In this document: positions 1 to 14,237 of the stretch, piece after piece
How positions within the stretch are numbered: position 1 is the first letter of the stretch
Layout: each line of letters begins with the position of its first letter
Assembly (NCBI RefSeq): GCF_009914755.1
Contig: NC_060929.1
Source: the human T2T-CHM13v2.0 reference genome, Homo sapiens
Length of the DNA: 64,000 nt
Strand: one strand, 5' to 3'
Translations under genes and position numbers: made by a program
Notes under the pieces: generated by a model
Databases searched by the model: none
The model's input: the letters and a program-made list of their open reading frames with translations, nothing else
What the model was told of the DNA's origin: nothing

Positions 1-294
1 TCACTATGTTTGGAAACTGTAACCATTTTTGCACTTGCTACATACCTTATTTTTTAATTATACTACACAAATGGGGTGTTTTTATATGAGTCCAGCCCAG
101 GAACCATACAGAGAATTCTCAAGGAAAAATTCAATATTTCATCACAGATGCTGGGAGGACCAAGGTTTCATTGTTTCCGAATCACTAGAGGTTTATAGCT
201 TAACAAACTTTGCTTTGTGCTCATTCTGTCCAAGTACTATGTGCACACCTTTGTATTTTGTTAGTTTACTCAGCATGTTTCATTGCCCTTTCAG

Positions 295-423
295 GTAAAT
301 CACCACCTATGGCAGAAGCAACTCCTGTCATAGTAACAACAGAGGAAATTGCTGAAATCAAAAGGAAAAATGAACTGAGGGTCAAAATAAAAGAAGAACA
401 CCTTGCTGCCTTGCAATTTGAAG
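295..423 (+). CDS. SPEF2: SPEF2 internal coding exon (GKSPPMAEATPVIVTTEEIAEIKRKNELRVKIKEEHLAALQFE)
   Basis: ccctttcag acceptor at 293-294, G|gtagcg donor at 424; 129 nt, phase 1/1, continues in frame into the exon at 2658; peptide chain ends in the SPEF2 C-terminus. Confidence 0.9.
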
Positions 424-1404
424 GTAGCGATTGAAACGACTAAGATGATGCTTTTCAGTAGAAAGGAGACCAGTAGCCAAACAGCCCACAACTGGCTCAT
501 CAATTGCCTCAGACCATGTCTATGAGAACATACAGCAAAGAGGTTGAAAAGCACAATATTCAGTTGACTGTTTTCGTTTGACCACGTGAGGACTAGATTT
601 GAGTGTTGCATGAGTCAGATGTTTTGGCATCACCTAATCAGTCTTAACTGATGACACGATCTCAAAAAGAACCAAAAAGAATTTGGTAATGGGTTAGAAA
701 AAGCAATAGCAGTAATTAAAATCTCATAAAACAGAAACAAAAGAAAATGTTGAAAGTTCGTATGATTTTACAGGTTTAGATAGGGACTACCTAAAGTAAG
801 TGGTTTTATATTACAGTAAGAATAATTTAGGTACCTAATTAGGAAAATAAATTTTAACTAAAGGCTAACAGGCCCTGAAAATGAGTCCTTGGGAACAAAG
901 GCCATAGGAGAGCCAGTCATATATCTATTATGTTCAGAGGTGTTCTTCTCTATAGGAGCAATGACTCCACAAAACATATTCTCCTTATGGCTCTCTGAAT
1001 TGTCTTGTAATGCAATTCTAAATGAAATCTGAAAAGATCAGGAAACTGAGCAAACATATCCTAAGGGAAAAAAACACGGTCAATATACAAGATGACAAAA
1101 CCACAAAAATGTGGCATGGGGTATGCCGAGACACCTTTAACTACTCAGTGACTATTAACTACTAAGTATGATTTCCATCCCTTGTTTCTCTCATTTTCTC
1201 TCCCCTGTCCTTCCCATCTTACTACCACCCACTTCTAAAACCCCAACAATAAAATCTGAAGTCAGTTGAACACAGGGAGACTGTGGCATCAGGCAAGTCC
1301 AGGACAGATGCATCTCCCATATTGCCTGCCCTGCATCTGATTTCAGTGGTTTTCAGTATACTTCATCTTTCAGTTCATTCCATACATGATCCTTAGTGTA
1401 GCAA

Positions 1405-2240
1405 AATTCATTTATGCATATAACAAATGATTATTGACTTTCCACTCTGTGCCAAGTCCTGTGATAGTTGCTGGAGACACACATTTATATGTACAAACAT
1501 AAACAAAAAATAAAACTCAGTCTCAAGGAAGAGAAATGCAATCACTGTTGCATGTTGACCTGTTGACAGCTGGGCCTGTAGTCACAGCTACTGAAGAGAT
1601 TGAGGTGAAGGATCGATTGTGTTTGAATCCAGCCTGGGCAACATAGTGAGATCCTGTCTCAAAAAAAATGTGATATTGGTGGTGGGCATATTGGGCAAAG
1701 GGGACATGAGGGGAGTTCCTGACTTACCAACGGAACTAATTCTTGAGCGGAATTGGAAGACTATGGATAAGTTTTTCCAGGGGAAAAATTGGCGTGAGAA
1801 TGAAGAGGAGTATTACGTGCCATGGCAGAGAGAGGGGTAAGAGGCATATCAGCTTGTGAGTAGCTTAGGACCATGAGGCATGTTCTGGGAAGGAGCGACT
1901 TGGGAGATGGGGAGGCCACACCATGGAGGGTTATCTAGGCACTGCCAAGAATGTTCGATTCTTCCCTGGTGGCAACTGGGAGCTAGGGAAAATTATGAGC
2001 AGTAAAGTGATTATGATCACATCTGCAGGTAAGACAAATTACTCTGGATAGTGTGGAGGTGGATTTGGATTTGAGGTGGGGGAAGAGAGTTAGAAAAAGT
2101 AGGATTGAGGCTATTGCAACAGTTTAAGTGAGAGATAATCAGCACCCAAACTATGCGATGATGATGAAAAAAGCCAAAAAGAGAAACTGGAAAAATTTTG
2201 GAGATAAAATCCACCAACCAGATTATGTGCCAGGATCGGT
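1405..2240 (-). mobile_element. L2 fragment(s), interrupted by an Alu monomer
   Basis: ttcattt..aacaaatgattattga..ctgtgccaagtcctgtg L2 3' end pattern; approximate bounds. Confidence 0.5.
1570..1668 (+). mobile_element. fossil Alu monomer (FAM/FLAM-like)
   Basis: cctgtagtcacagctact...ccagcctgggcaacatagtgagatcctgtctc-A8. Confidence 0.75.
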
Positions 2241-2657
2241 AATAGGCCCAGGGGCACATGGAGTTTGCCCTGATTTTAGTGGTGCTGAGAAATACAATGG
2301 CAATGCCACCCCAGGTTCTAAAGTAAGGAGATAAGCACGGTCCCCACTCCCTTTTCAAAATTCAGAAATTACCTATGCGTGTTTTCACATTTCATTTATC
2401 AAAGAGTAGATTGCTACAAAGTGCAATAGATAAAAAGCTCAATTATAGTTTTGGTTCAGATAATTTCTCAAATGACTCTACCACATATTACATTTTGCTT
2501 TTCAGTGAGATGGATATCATCTTATCTATTCTGGTATGTTAAACGTGCACCTAAAGCTTCACAAATTGAAGCACCAGTGGTTTCAAAGTGAATCTGTTCA
2601 TTAGTAAATGCATGCACTGCAATATGTTAAAACATTCTTATTTCTCTTTGCAAATAG

Positions 2658-2796
2658 AAATAGCCACGCAATTTCGACTTGAACTGATAAAGACAAAAGC
2701 ATTGGCTCTTCTTGAAGATTTAGTAACAAAGGTGGTTGATGTATATAAACTCATGGAAAAATGGCTTGGTGAGAGGTATTTGAATGAAATGGCCAG
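2658..2796 (+). CDS. SPEF2: SPEF2 coding exon (EIATQFRLELIKTKALALLEDLVTKVVDVYKLMEKWLGERYLNEMAS)
   Basis: tttctctttgcaaatag acceptor, AG|gtaaag donor; 139 nt, phase 1/2. Confidence 0.92.
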
Positions 2797-4066
2797 GTAA
2801 AGTACTACATGACTTTCTGAAAATATGCTTTGTGTATTCTAAGTACCAAAATTGATGAAGATTTTTAAGGTATTTACAAATTTAAGTTAGTTACAAATAT
2901 AAATTTTGGCCTTTTAGGAAATCACGTGTATAAACAGATAATATGAGCTTTACTATCATGTTTGTATTAACTCTTTTCTAACAGTAAATCATGCATCAAA
3001 GGGTTCTATTGCTATATTAAACTTTGCACAATATTTATGAGTTTAGCTGTCATACTAATCAATGAGAACCTTATTTTACAAGGTAAGATTATAGGTAATT
3101 TAAAAATAGTTTTTAGAAGTAAAATAATCCTTGATACTTTTCCAATGGTAGATTTATTATCAGTCAGAGCCAATTAAGGGGAGATTAAAAAGTCATTCAC
3201 TGGAATGTTTTACCAGCTAGACTGATTCTCTTGTAAGACCAACCCCAAGTTCTACTTTTCTGTTGAGTTCCAAAGACTTCCCAGACCTTTGTTGCTACTG
3301 AGGGGCAATGACTCTCATCCTGTTAGTTCAACCTTAAAAGGTACAAAGAGGCAGGTCAGCAGAGTGAGTCATGATTGTCCAGACCAGGAGCCCCATCTTG
3401 TCCACAAATTAGTAGCATGCTTGATTGCTCTGGGCCTCATTGGCTTCATCTATACAAGGAAACACTCCAGCCAGGCTATTTCAGAAGTTTACCCTAGATC
3501 TAGATTCCAAGATGCACTACAGTTTACAATAAACATTTACTGAAAACTTAGAAGTTGCTACACAAACAGTATTCAAAAGGCAATTATTCTTAGAAGCAAC
3601 AATTTTCATGTAAAAAGCAGCTGTTATGGTTCGTTTTCTCTGGTCCTTGTCTCATAGTGAAGTTCTTTTGTAAAGTCTTCAGCCTAGTTGTTTAGAACTA
3701 TTGCTCCATAGTAAAACAAACAAACAAACATTAAACAGAATAAAAAATACAAACACAAGCATAAGTAAGCTTACTGCAGTAATGCTTAAAATCATTTTGC
3801 TACTGGATAACCAAGTCAGTTACTCATCAGCATCACACAGTAATAATATTCATTTCTGTTCTCTGCCTGCTATTTTGAAATGAAAGTCTATCTTCTTCAT
3901 TTTTGGGACTCATGGCTCCCATCCATGTGGCCATCCAGTGTAAATGCATATTTTAGCAGATGTATTCATATTTCTCAGATTTATATTGTATATGTCTGCC
4001 CTGTGAATCTACAGATGCTGTCATGAACTGTGGCCACAAGAAGTTAAAACCTAGAAATGTGATACA

Positions 4067-4068
4067 AA

Positions 4069-4099
<31 letters not shown>

Positions 4100-4102
4100 A
4101 TA
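4067..4102 (+). repeat. (AAAT)n microsatellite
   Basis: about 9 tandem AAAT units. Confidence 0.9.
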
Positions 4103-4188
4103 GCTGGCAGATCCCTTTGACCTTCAAATCCTGTTCTTATTTTCCTGGCACTTTTTTCCTTCCGTTGTTAAGATTACTCTTAGTAACC

Positions 4189-4206
4189 TTCCACTAGGTG
4201 GCGCGC
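4189..4206 (+). promoter_or_regulatory. CTCF consensus site
   Basis: ttCCACTAGGTGGCGCgc matches core CCACYAGRKGGCRS with CpGs preserved. Confidence 0.65.
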
Positions 4207-5505
4207 ATCTGTTTTAGTATCCTGATGCCCAGTAAAGGTATTATTCTACTAGTCATGTTTTACAGAGTATCGTGCCGGGCTATGGTTGGGTCTCAATCCA
4301 CATTTGGAGTCCCTCCTCACTCACGTAAACTCAGCAGCTATCCAGTGACCTCCTCTGTCCCCGAGCACGCAACCACCCTAAAAGCATAAACTAATTGGCT
4401 AACACGTATTACATGGACACTTACAAAGACAACATTCTGGAGTTGAATTCTAGAGTATCTTTTGAAAGACAGCAACTAATGCTACTTTTTAAATTTTCAG
4501 TTATATGTTCAGTATGTGGTATATTTGGTGCCTATGAATTATATAAAATGAGATCAAATATGCATTTTTCTGTGTTGCTCACTTTCATTGTAATATATAA
4601 ACAAGATCCTTTCTTCAATACAGCGATAATGCACTTATTCATGTATAAAACTTCTCTAGCCTTTAAAATAATTTTTAAAAGGTCATTAACTATACCCCCA
4701 GTACAGTTTAAATCTTTGCCGTATATGAGTTCACATTAATAACCATAAGATAGGGAGTGTTGCGTTGTTGATTCCATTGCAAAGACAAGGAAATTCAGAG
4801 AGCCCAGGATCTCTGGCTAGAGAGTGTCCTAGGATGAGAACTCAGATTCCAGCACTCTTTCTACCGCATCATAGTGGTTCCCAGCTGTTGCTGCTTTACC
4901 ATGTTATCTAGCTAGGAATTGTTATTCTTCATGAAGATAGCAAAGCAATTTCAATGGATTATATACAACAGAGGCTATTCTGACATCTTTGTTTTAGATA
5001 ACATCAAACTTCTTTGACAGAAATAGAGAAAAGCCACTCTTCTAGAAATACATTATTGAACTTGATTCACTTTATAATTCATCCTAATTCCAAATAAATG
5101 TAATTCTAATAGTCATGTTTTACAGAGTATTATGCCATATAACCTTATTCTGGCTCATACTTAGTATGAAATATAACCCTTGATATAGTCTTGCTTACAT
5201 AGTAAAATATATTCTAATACTAATAAAAACTATATTTAATAGGTTCTCTTTAAGTTCAGTTTTGTGTAAAATGTGTAACTAGTAGCTGTTTAATAAGCAT
5301 GCATTTTCTATTTAATCTGCATTTATTTATACCCTGCCTTTTTACAAAATAGATTTGGGGACAAATTGAAATTTATAAGCATGCAGATGGAGTTGTCTAA
5401 GAGCTATATAATCTGTTTACTTTTGTGTATATGTCTTATAAGCAAACTTTATTAATCTAATAGTATCTTTCATGGGGTTAACGCTATCCATTTTACCACT
5501 TTCAG

Positions 5506-5735
5506 TACAGAAAAATTAACTGACGTAGCTCGCTATCACATTGAAACATCTACAAAAATTCAGAATGAACTTTATTTAAGCCAAGAAGACTTCTTCATTA
5601 ATGGCAATATAAAAGTCTTCCCAGATCCTCCCCCATCAATACGTCCTCCACCTGTAGAAAAGGAAGAAGATGGTACCCTGACCATTGAACAGCTTGACAG
5701 TCTTCGAGATCAGTTCTTAGATATGGCACCTAAAG
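5506..5735 (+). CDS. SPEF2: SPEF2 coding exon (STEKLTDVARYHIE...DPPPSIRPPPVEKEEDGTLTIEQLDSLRDQFLDMAPKG)
   Basis: ttttaccactttcag acceptor, AAG|gtagga donor; 230 nt, phase 2/1, open frame. Confidence 0.92.
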
Positions 5736-8700
5736 GTAGGAAAAATAATTATCATGAAAAGAGCACAAAAAAAGGTTAAGATTAACCAGGACAGAAATCA
5801 CTTGCCAACAAGTAAAATCAGCTCTATGGGATCATGTGGCACTAAAACATGCCCTTGCTTTGTTCTAGTTTATTAAATATTTGTTTCATACAACATAGAC
5901 CCTAATTAAACAAGCAGGACCCACTGTGAATAATGCTTGAGCAGTGTGGTGGTCCTCATTCCTGGTAATTCCTCTCTCCTGTCCTCCCCGACCCTTGCTG
6001 ACAAGTTTGTATATTTGAGTATTACTCCACCTGGCAGCTTACAGAAAGACTTTGTGCATACTTCTAGTTTAGATTTTATATTGAGATTATGAGTTTGTGT
6101 TTCTGTGAGGGGAGACCAGGCAGTAGAAGATTTCCCTTTTATGTTGGCCTTTTCCCTCAGTGCTTGTAGACCATAAGCAGAATCAAATAAGCTGTTAGAA
6201 AATGTTTGCTTAATTAATTAGTTGGTTTGTTCATATGTATGTGTAAATGTTTTCTGCACACAACAATTTTATCTCTTTCACATTTTATCAGCATGGACCT
6301 ACAGCATCTGCACAGGCTTTTTTTATTCAGCCTTTTCCTACTTCCAGATATTCTTCAATGAGTTCTGTCGATTGATAGCACAAGTAATTCAGACAGATCA
6401 CATAGGATTATCATCTCCACTTTAAAGGTCTAGATACTGACTCACAGAGGAGTTTAGCAGATTTTTTGCCTATGGTCATATATCATTCAGAACTCTGCAG
6501 ATCCAAAGTTCTTGCCCCTTCTCACTGAACTAAGTTGCCTCTCATAAGCAGATTTCTTTTACTTTTCAACATATACTACTTATTGGGAAATTATTACTTT
6601 TCCCTGTAGCATAGTCAACTGACTTTAGTATTAATACAATGTTACTTTTTAAAAAAGTCCAGTATTTCCAGAAATTCACATCATATATCATTAGTAAAAA
6701 GAGCATTACTCTAAGTCCGAAAGCTTCCTTGCCAAGCCCAATAGGTGAAAGTGGTGTATGTGTGTGTGCCTGGGTGAACCTTGCGCTTTGATGTGTCAGC
6801 TCATCAAATCAGCTAGAGCAGGCTTTACAGCTCCAAGGTATAAAAGCCCACACTTCAGCTGTGGAGGGACGGAGGTGCCATTTGGCAGCATTTGGGCACG
6901 AAGGAAACATGGCCATCAGCAGGTACAAAAAATCTCGACTTTACAAATCAGTCCATGAAATTCCTTCAGTCCTTTAGTCAGACAGAGTGCACCCTCTTCT
7001 ACATGGTGCGAGCTCCACAATGCCCTGTTATTATGTACTTCCCTCTTCAGAGTTGCTTTTTCTCTTCATTTTATCCAGGCCATTATTTTACACATAAAAT
7101 AAAAAGATAAGTGTAAGTGGATTCTAAACATGACATGTGGTTTGCTTTAATCCTACACTCTGGTGACTGGGAGGAAATCACTCAATTAATAGGTAAAAAC
7201 TAAAGGCATCTGGGGACACTTGAATAGGTAGAAGTGGATTTTGAAAATTATCATCCACTTACAATATATCTTTCAGCAGGGACCCTAGTATCCATGATGC
7301 TAATCATAATACTTTCTTGGATCCAACCTCAAATCCAGAGCTCATATTTCCACTAAAAATTTAAAAATAAATTTTAAAAAATAGCAGCTATAACTTGACA
7401 TGTGTCTCAGAAGATTAACTCTAGAAACCCTTGGGACACAAAGATGTCAACAGATAAATGTTTTCAGACTATGGGAGAAATAAGAAGGGAGGGAGAGGAA
7501 GTAAAGGAAGGGAGGGAGGGAGAAACGGAGTTGTTTTTTTTTTAATTTTTATTTTTTTAAAAGCAGAGTAAAAGGAAACCATTTGCCCTAGGAGCTGAGA
7601 GTTTAATTTGAAAAGGCAAGCAAAGAGGAAGGAAATATGAACAACTATTTGAGTTCTTTCTGGGACACAGTATGAATGTTATTCAAGTGCTCAAGAATGC
7701 AAAGCATCAGTGTGCCCTGAAATTGGTCAGGGAAAAGTCTGTGGAGCAAAACTTTGGAGGGAGAAATTGAAGAGGGTAAAGAGATTTTGTGGCAAGGCTA
7801 CAGAGAATGTTTACAGTTAGGGGAACAGCTGCTGGAAACTCTGTAGACAAGAAGCGTGAGGATAGGAGCATGATGTTTGGGAAATGTTTAGGAGACTGCT
7901 CTGCTTTTCTTTCTCCAACTGCATGAACTCCAGGCGAGTAGAAGAGGAGGCTTTCTCTGTGTGAGGAACCACCTCCTCCCACCCAAGCTGGAGAATTAAC
8001 CCATATGCAAGAATAACAGTTGTAATTACCACAGAATTTACAAGGCTATACAATACGGTAGGATTTGGGGATTGTGATGATTCAAAGTGAGTTATGTATG
8101 GTCTATGGGCAAACAGTTTAAACTCTTTTCTCTATTAGCTCAATTATACCATTTGAAAAAATATATATTGCATATATTGCTTTTTAGGTATATCTAAAAT
8201 AATTAATAAGTGTTGGGAATTTGATTGACAGGAGTAACGTTCATTGTTATTATTCTTGCTATTCTTATAGAGGGCAGGGAAAAGTATTACTCCATTTTTC
8301 TGCATCCCAGAGTCACAGAATTGGAGGTTCTCTACTGATACTCTTGAAATCAGGCTCCAAACATTGACAATGGCCCTGCCTGAGGAAACCCATTAACTGC
8401 CACTCACCCCTTTTCCCCATCTCTTCTGGCCCCACAAAGTATACTCTGGCTTTTTTGTTTTTCTACCCCGGTTTGGCAATTGTTCACTTAAGAAACATGA
8501 CACACACCCATCCGTCTTTTAAATGAAGGCTTTTGTTGTATTTCTTCCAAGAAATGGAAAACAATCCTTTATGATACCTTCCACTGTATTTACCCTAGAA
8601 CTCTATAATTTCAAAACACAATCTTAGTGAGTGATAGCAGGTTTGAAAGTGTGGAGGAGCTGGCTGAACATGTGTGTTTCAAATGTGTGATCCTGCAGAA

Positions 8701-9679
8701 CTTCCTGCTCAAACTTGCTATTATTTCTATGCCAAGAAATAAAAACATTTTCCTATATTATTTCATATATGCCCATGCAATCCATAATATCTAAGATGCA
8801 ACTTTCAAGTTCACTAAAATATATTAAAACAGATGGATTTTTTTGGGAGGGAAGCATACATATTTATTTGCATATAACAGCCATTATGTTACTAGGCCCA
8901 TGGTAGGATTTTTTAGCAGATTTATAAAAAGCACTGATGTTACTAAATTACACTTTGCATGTTTTAATCATGCCACACAAATACAAGTATTGGATTATTA
9001 TTTAATCTTTGATTAGAACAATGACTGAATGCTTTAAATACTTGCAACTAGATAGTATCAAGATGTAAATGGAAAGAACTAAAGCTTAAGGGGTTTTCTG
9101 CTAAGTATTGGTTAATCCCTTTGAAAACAAAAGTCTCCATTAAAATAGCCCTTACTAAAGATAACATAAAATTGAAAAGCATCATATATTGTAACATATT
9201 CAACACTCCTTTTCTGGTCAAATTCTGCCACTTATGATGATTCTACCTCTCTTTTGGTAAAGGTAATGATTAGACATAAAATATTATTTATTGATTATTA
9301 TTAACACAAATATACCAGAAAAAATAATGACCTTATACATGATAATCAAATTAGATCATGCAAAATGCAATGAAACAGTTGATTACACTTGCATTTTTCC
9401 TGCCACTTAACAAAGATCCATACTTTAGAAGCATAAGAACAGTATGAGTAAAAGAAAGCAAACCATTCTTTCCATCACCTATCCTAGGAATCATTCCTAT
9501 GAGCGTACTACCGGCAGAGTTAGATCTAGTGAATATTTTCTGAATTATAACAATAGCCAATTTGGCATGGTCACTATGTGTCAGACCCTTTGCTAACATT
9601 TTCATATGTGAATTCACTTATTATCCACCTCAGTCTATGATGGGATGGCTAGAGTCAAACAGTTCTTTCTCAAGTTCAC

Positions 9680-9880
9680 CTCTTGTCAAAAGACTGTCAT
9701 ATGATCTTGGACAAGTTATTAAATTTCTCTCTGCCTCAGTTACCACATCTGTAAAATGAGAATAATAATGATACTTATTCCATGTATTGAAATAAGGTTG
9801 TTATGAAGATTAAAGTAATTAATATATGTAAAGTGCTTAGAAAGAGTATAGCACATAGAATGTGCAATTTAAGTGTAATC
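9680..9880 (+). mobile_element. MIR
   Basis: tgatcttggacaagttattaaatttctctctgcctcagtt..catctgtaaaatgagaataataat core. Confidence 0.8.
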
Positions 9881-10459
9881 ATATAAGCCATTGTGACTTG
9901 ATTATATAATTATAGTAATGTCATATTAGTATATAATATACAATATTGATACAAAGTATTCTATTATCCAAAATGTTAGCTTGGTTTCTTGAAGATGGAA
10001 ATACCCTAGTAGGCATTTGCAATATTACCCCTGAGTGCTTCCAAAAAAATGTACACCACCTGGTAGAATTAAATCATAAAGTAATGTGGTTTCCTAGGGA
10101 GTACAAGCATTCCAAACAAAAGCATTCATTTTGTGTGCTCCAGTAAGTTCTGGGTAGGTACATCTTGTCTCCAAACATCAAGTGCCAAATACATAAGGAA
10201 GACAGCCTTTTTCTGATGGAAGCAATTTGGATTCTGTTGAAACTAGAATACTTAGCAATGTTCCTCTGTCTGCACTTAAGCCATAAGAACTCTTTTTCCT
10301 TGTAAGCCCATCAGTACTCAATGAAATGCCTGCAGAGATTTGGTGCATAGCTATTTTCGCTTCTGCTGAGAACCTACCTGAAGAGAACATAGTTTAGCAA
10401 ATTCTACACCCTCTCTTTTTCTTCAAAAGATGCAGCATTTATTTATTCAAGGCCTGTAA

Positions 10460-11086
<627 letters not shown>

Positions 11087-11943
11087 ACTGTGAACAAACA
11101 AGAGGCAGGAGGTGGGACCACAGAGAGCTTGTGGTCAGGTTGTGAAGTCTCCAGTGGCTTGCAAAGAACATGCAGGAGAGGATTTTCAAAGGCATTTAGA
11201 GCCAAGTGTCATGGAGAATGGATTGGAGCAGGGAAGAGGCTATATGTGTGAGAGAGTGGCAGGCACTGTCAGTCTCTCTGCAAAGCCTCAGAGAACCCAG
11301 AGGCAGGAATAAGGGCACCTGAGTGGTTGGTTGCCTGAAAGGAGTAACTAGAAAGTTCTATGGATTTTTCCAGGCTTAGTGCCTCTGAGAAAATTATAAA
11401 AATACAATATTATGTATTTGCAGGTAAGTATTTTGATCTGAAAATTGTCTAAGTTAGTCTGACATTTACCCAAATCAAGAAGTACAGAAAGATTTCTTAG
11501 AGAAGGGAATGATATAGAAGAATAGGTGTTATTGACAGAATTATCACAGCAAGTGGCAAAATATAGGGATTACAGCAAAGAGGACTATGGCCCCCACCTG
11601 CCTTTGCTTCCTTCAATGGGTGAATTCTTTCCACCAGATCAGATTCAGATCACAGAAATGCAGTAGTGGATCTAGAAGGCTTTAGATCTGTTAAAACTGT
11701 TTATGAGTAGAGTTTCAAATGTGTCTTCAGAATGAAACACACAGGTATTTTCCTGAAGCCAGACAACTTACGTTAGACAAATGAAAGTATATACTCAGAA
11801 TTCAAGGTAATATCTTTAGGAAAATCTGTCCATAGAACTAAAATTCTGTTTTGAAACTAGCAAAATCAATATTGGAAATTAAATTTTTTTAATTTTAATT
11901 TTAATTTTAAATTTACTTTTTAATTTAAATTTAAATTTTTATA

Positions 11944-12243
11944 ATTTTTTTAAGATGGGGTCTCACTCTGTAGCTCAGGGTAGAGTGCAGTGGCACAATC
12001 ATGGCTCACTACAGCCTCAGCACAACCCCCCCCCACCTCAGCCTTCCAAGTAGCTGAGACTACAGGTGCCTGCAAGCATGCCCAGCTAATTTGTTTTTTT
12101 AATTTTCTTCTCTTTTCTTTTTTTTTTTTGTAGAAATGAGGTTTCACTGTGTTGCCTATTCTGTCTTGAACTCCTAGGCTCGTGATCCTCCCACCTCGGC
12201 CTCCCAAAGTGCTGAGAGTACAGCCATGAGCTACCATGCTCCC
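11944..12243 (-). mobile_element. AluJ-like
   Basis: diverged dimer (gcacaatcatggctcactacagcctc); its 5' end abuts the inverted-repeat arm. Confidence 0.85.
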
Positions 12244-12489
12244 TCAATGTGTCATGCAATTTCAAAATCTGCGCAGCTGCTCCATTTTCCCCTTTGCCTG
12301 GAATACCCTTCCCCTGCTTTTCTTCCTGGAAAGTTCAGTTTCAAAAGCCTCTGGGCTAACCCTCACGCTGACTCACATAGGCAACAGTAGCTACTTCTGC
12401 CTTTGAACTCCTGTAAAAACCATGCTGCTGAATGATCTAGCTTAACCACTACAGCCCAGAGTTCTGAATGTGTACCCTCTGTCTCTGAG
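12240..12489 (-). repeat. right arm of ~245-bp inverted duplication
   Basis: e.g. gaatgtgtaccctctgtctctgag is the reverse complement of ctcagagacagagggtacacattc. Confidence 0.9.
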
Positions 12490-12766
12490 ACAGAGACAAA
12501 AAGAGACTTTAACAAAAAGAGACTTTATTTTTTCATTTCTTTATTCATTTATTCACCAGCATTATGTGAGCAGCCCCCAGGTGTAGTGCAACTGGCCTAA
12601 TACGGAAGATTGACAAGTAGCCCAATGCTTGAGTAAGAAAATGCAGGCAGTAGCTGTCAACTACAAGGAGACTAATTTTAAATGAAATACAGTAACATTT
12701 AGAATCGCAAAAATGGGTTCTATTTTAACCAGAGCCGCAAAAAGACTGATTAAAAAGCGAAGGAGA

Positions 12767-13078
<312 letters not shown>

Positions 13079-13914
13079 TTAGACCCAAATAAGGTATGAA
13101 AGGCAGAGGCAGGTCAACTAATGTCAAGGTTTTCAGTTAAAAGGGATTGAGATATGAAATCATGAAAACCAATTAGGAAAGGAGATTAATTTTCTTAAAC
13201 ATCTACCAAGTGCTTAGCAGTCAGCCAGACATTATGAAGCACATTATTTAGTTCTAGTCAGAGGGGTCAAACCCTAGAACCATAAAGTATTGACAAAAAA
13301 AGAGAATATATGTCATGAAATATTTTAATAAACACATATATTCAATTTTTTATTATATGATAAAACAGGACAACATAATCTAATGATTAGTAGCATCAAA
13401 GAATGTGTAGAAGGAACACATATATGTGATCTAGGCTCTCTGCCTTCAGGGAGAAACTGGTATTTGAGGACTTTGTTTTGTGTAGTTTTTAGTTTTTTAT
13501 CCTTCTGTTCAGATAAATATATGTCCCCTTGTGTGACAAATAATCAAATATGTCTCAAAAATTAGACCTTTGGGGGAAAGAAAAAGATGAGGCATGAGGC
13601 ACAGCTCCTTTACAAAACCACCTGGCAAGGATTTCAAAGCTTCACACCCTTTTTTTTTTTTTTTTTGGTAAATTAACAAGTTTGCTGTGGCATTGCAACA
13701 GAAGGTAGGACTTAGGCAGGAGGGAAGGGATGTCCAAGGCAGATCTTGCAGACACACTACCATGTATGCTCTATTATTCCTTTTTCTCACCAAGGGAAGA
13801 AAATTTTAGCTAAAAGCCATGTCACTCTTATGTATGGAGAAATGGATTCTAAAGTGAAGAAGAGCATAGCACTCCTTTCTTCATACAAGACGCGTGTAAG
13901 AGGGAAGTGTACAA

Positions 13915-14165
13915 ACAGGCTGTGGAGTGTCGGTCTACTGGTGTAACTCCGCTCCACCACTTACAGGCACTGCAACATTGGACAGTTTAATAAACCTCCC
14001 TGTGCACCAGCTTTCTTATCCATGCAACGGTGATAATAATAGTCAGTGCATTTTCTGAACCATATAATAGGGGTAATGGTTTGTGAGGATTCTGTGATAT
14101 AAACTAGTTAAAGCACTTAACAGAATGCCTGGTAATTAATAAGCACTCCATAAAATTTTTCCAAA
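13915..14165 (+). mobile_element. MIR immediately upstream of the transposase ORF
   Basis: ctccaccacttac...aacctccctgtgcaccagctttcttatc...aaagcacttaacagaatgcctggt. Confidence 0.7.
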
Positions 14166-14237
14166 ACTAGTGAGCAAATGTAGGGGTCAGAGATTAAGCA
14201 AAACTGAGGGTAGAAATTGGGATTACTTAAAATAACA

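Noticed and set aside
13255-13575. Possible left end/TIR of the transposon (cagaggggtcaaac...gacctttg)
   Set aside because: Only weak similarity to hAT termini and no matching right end found after 16836; may be an unrelated decayed MITE
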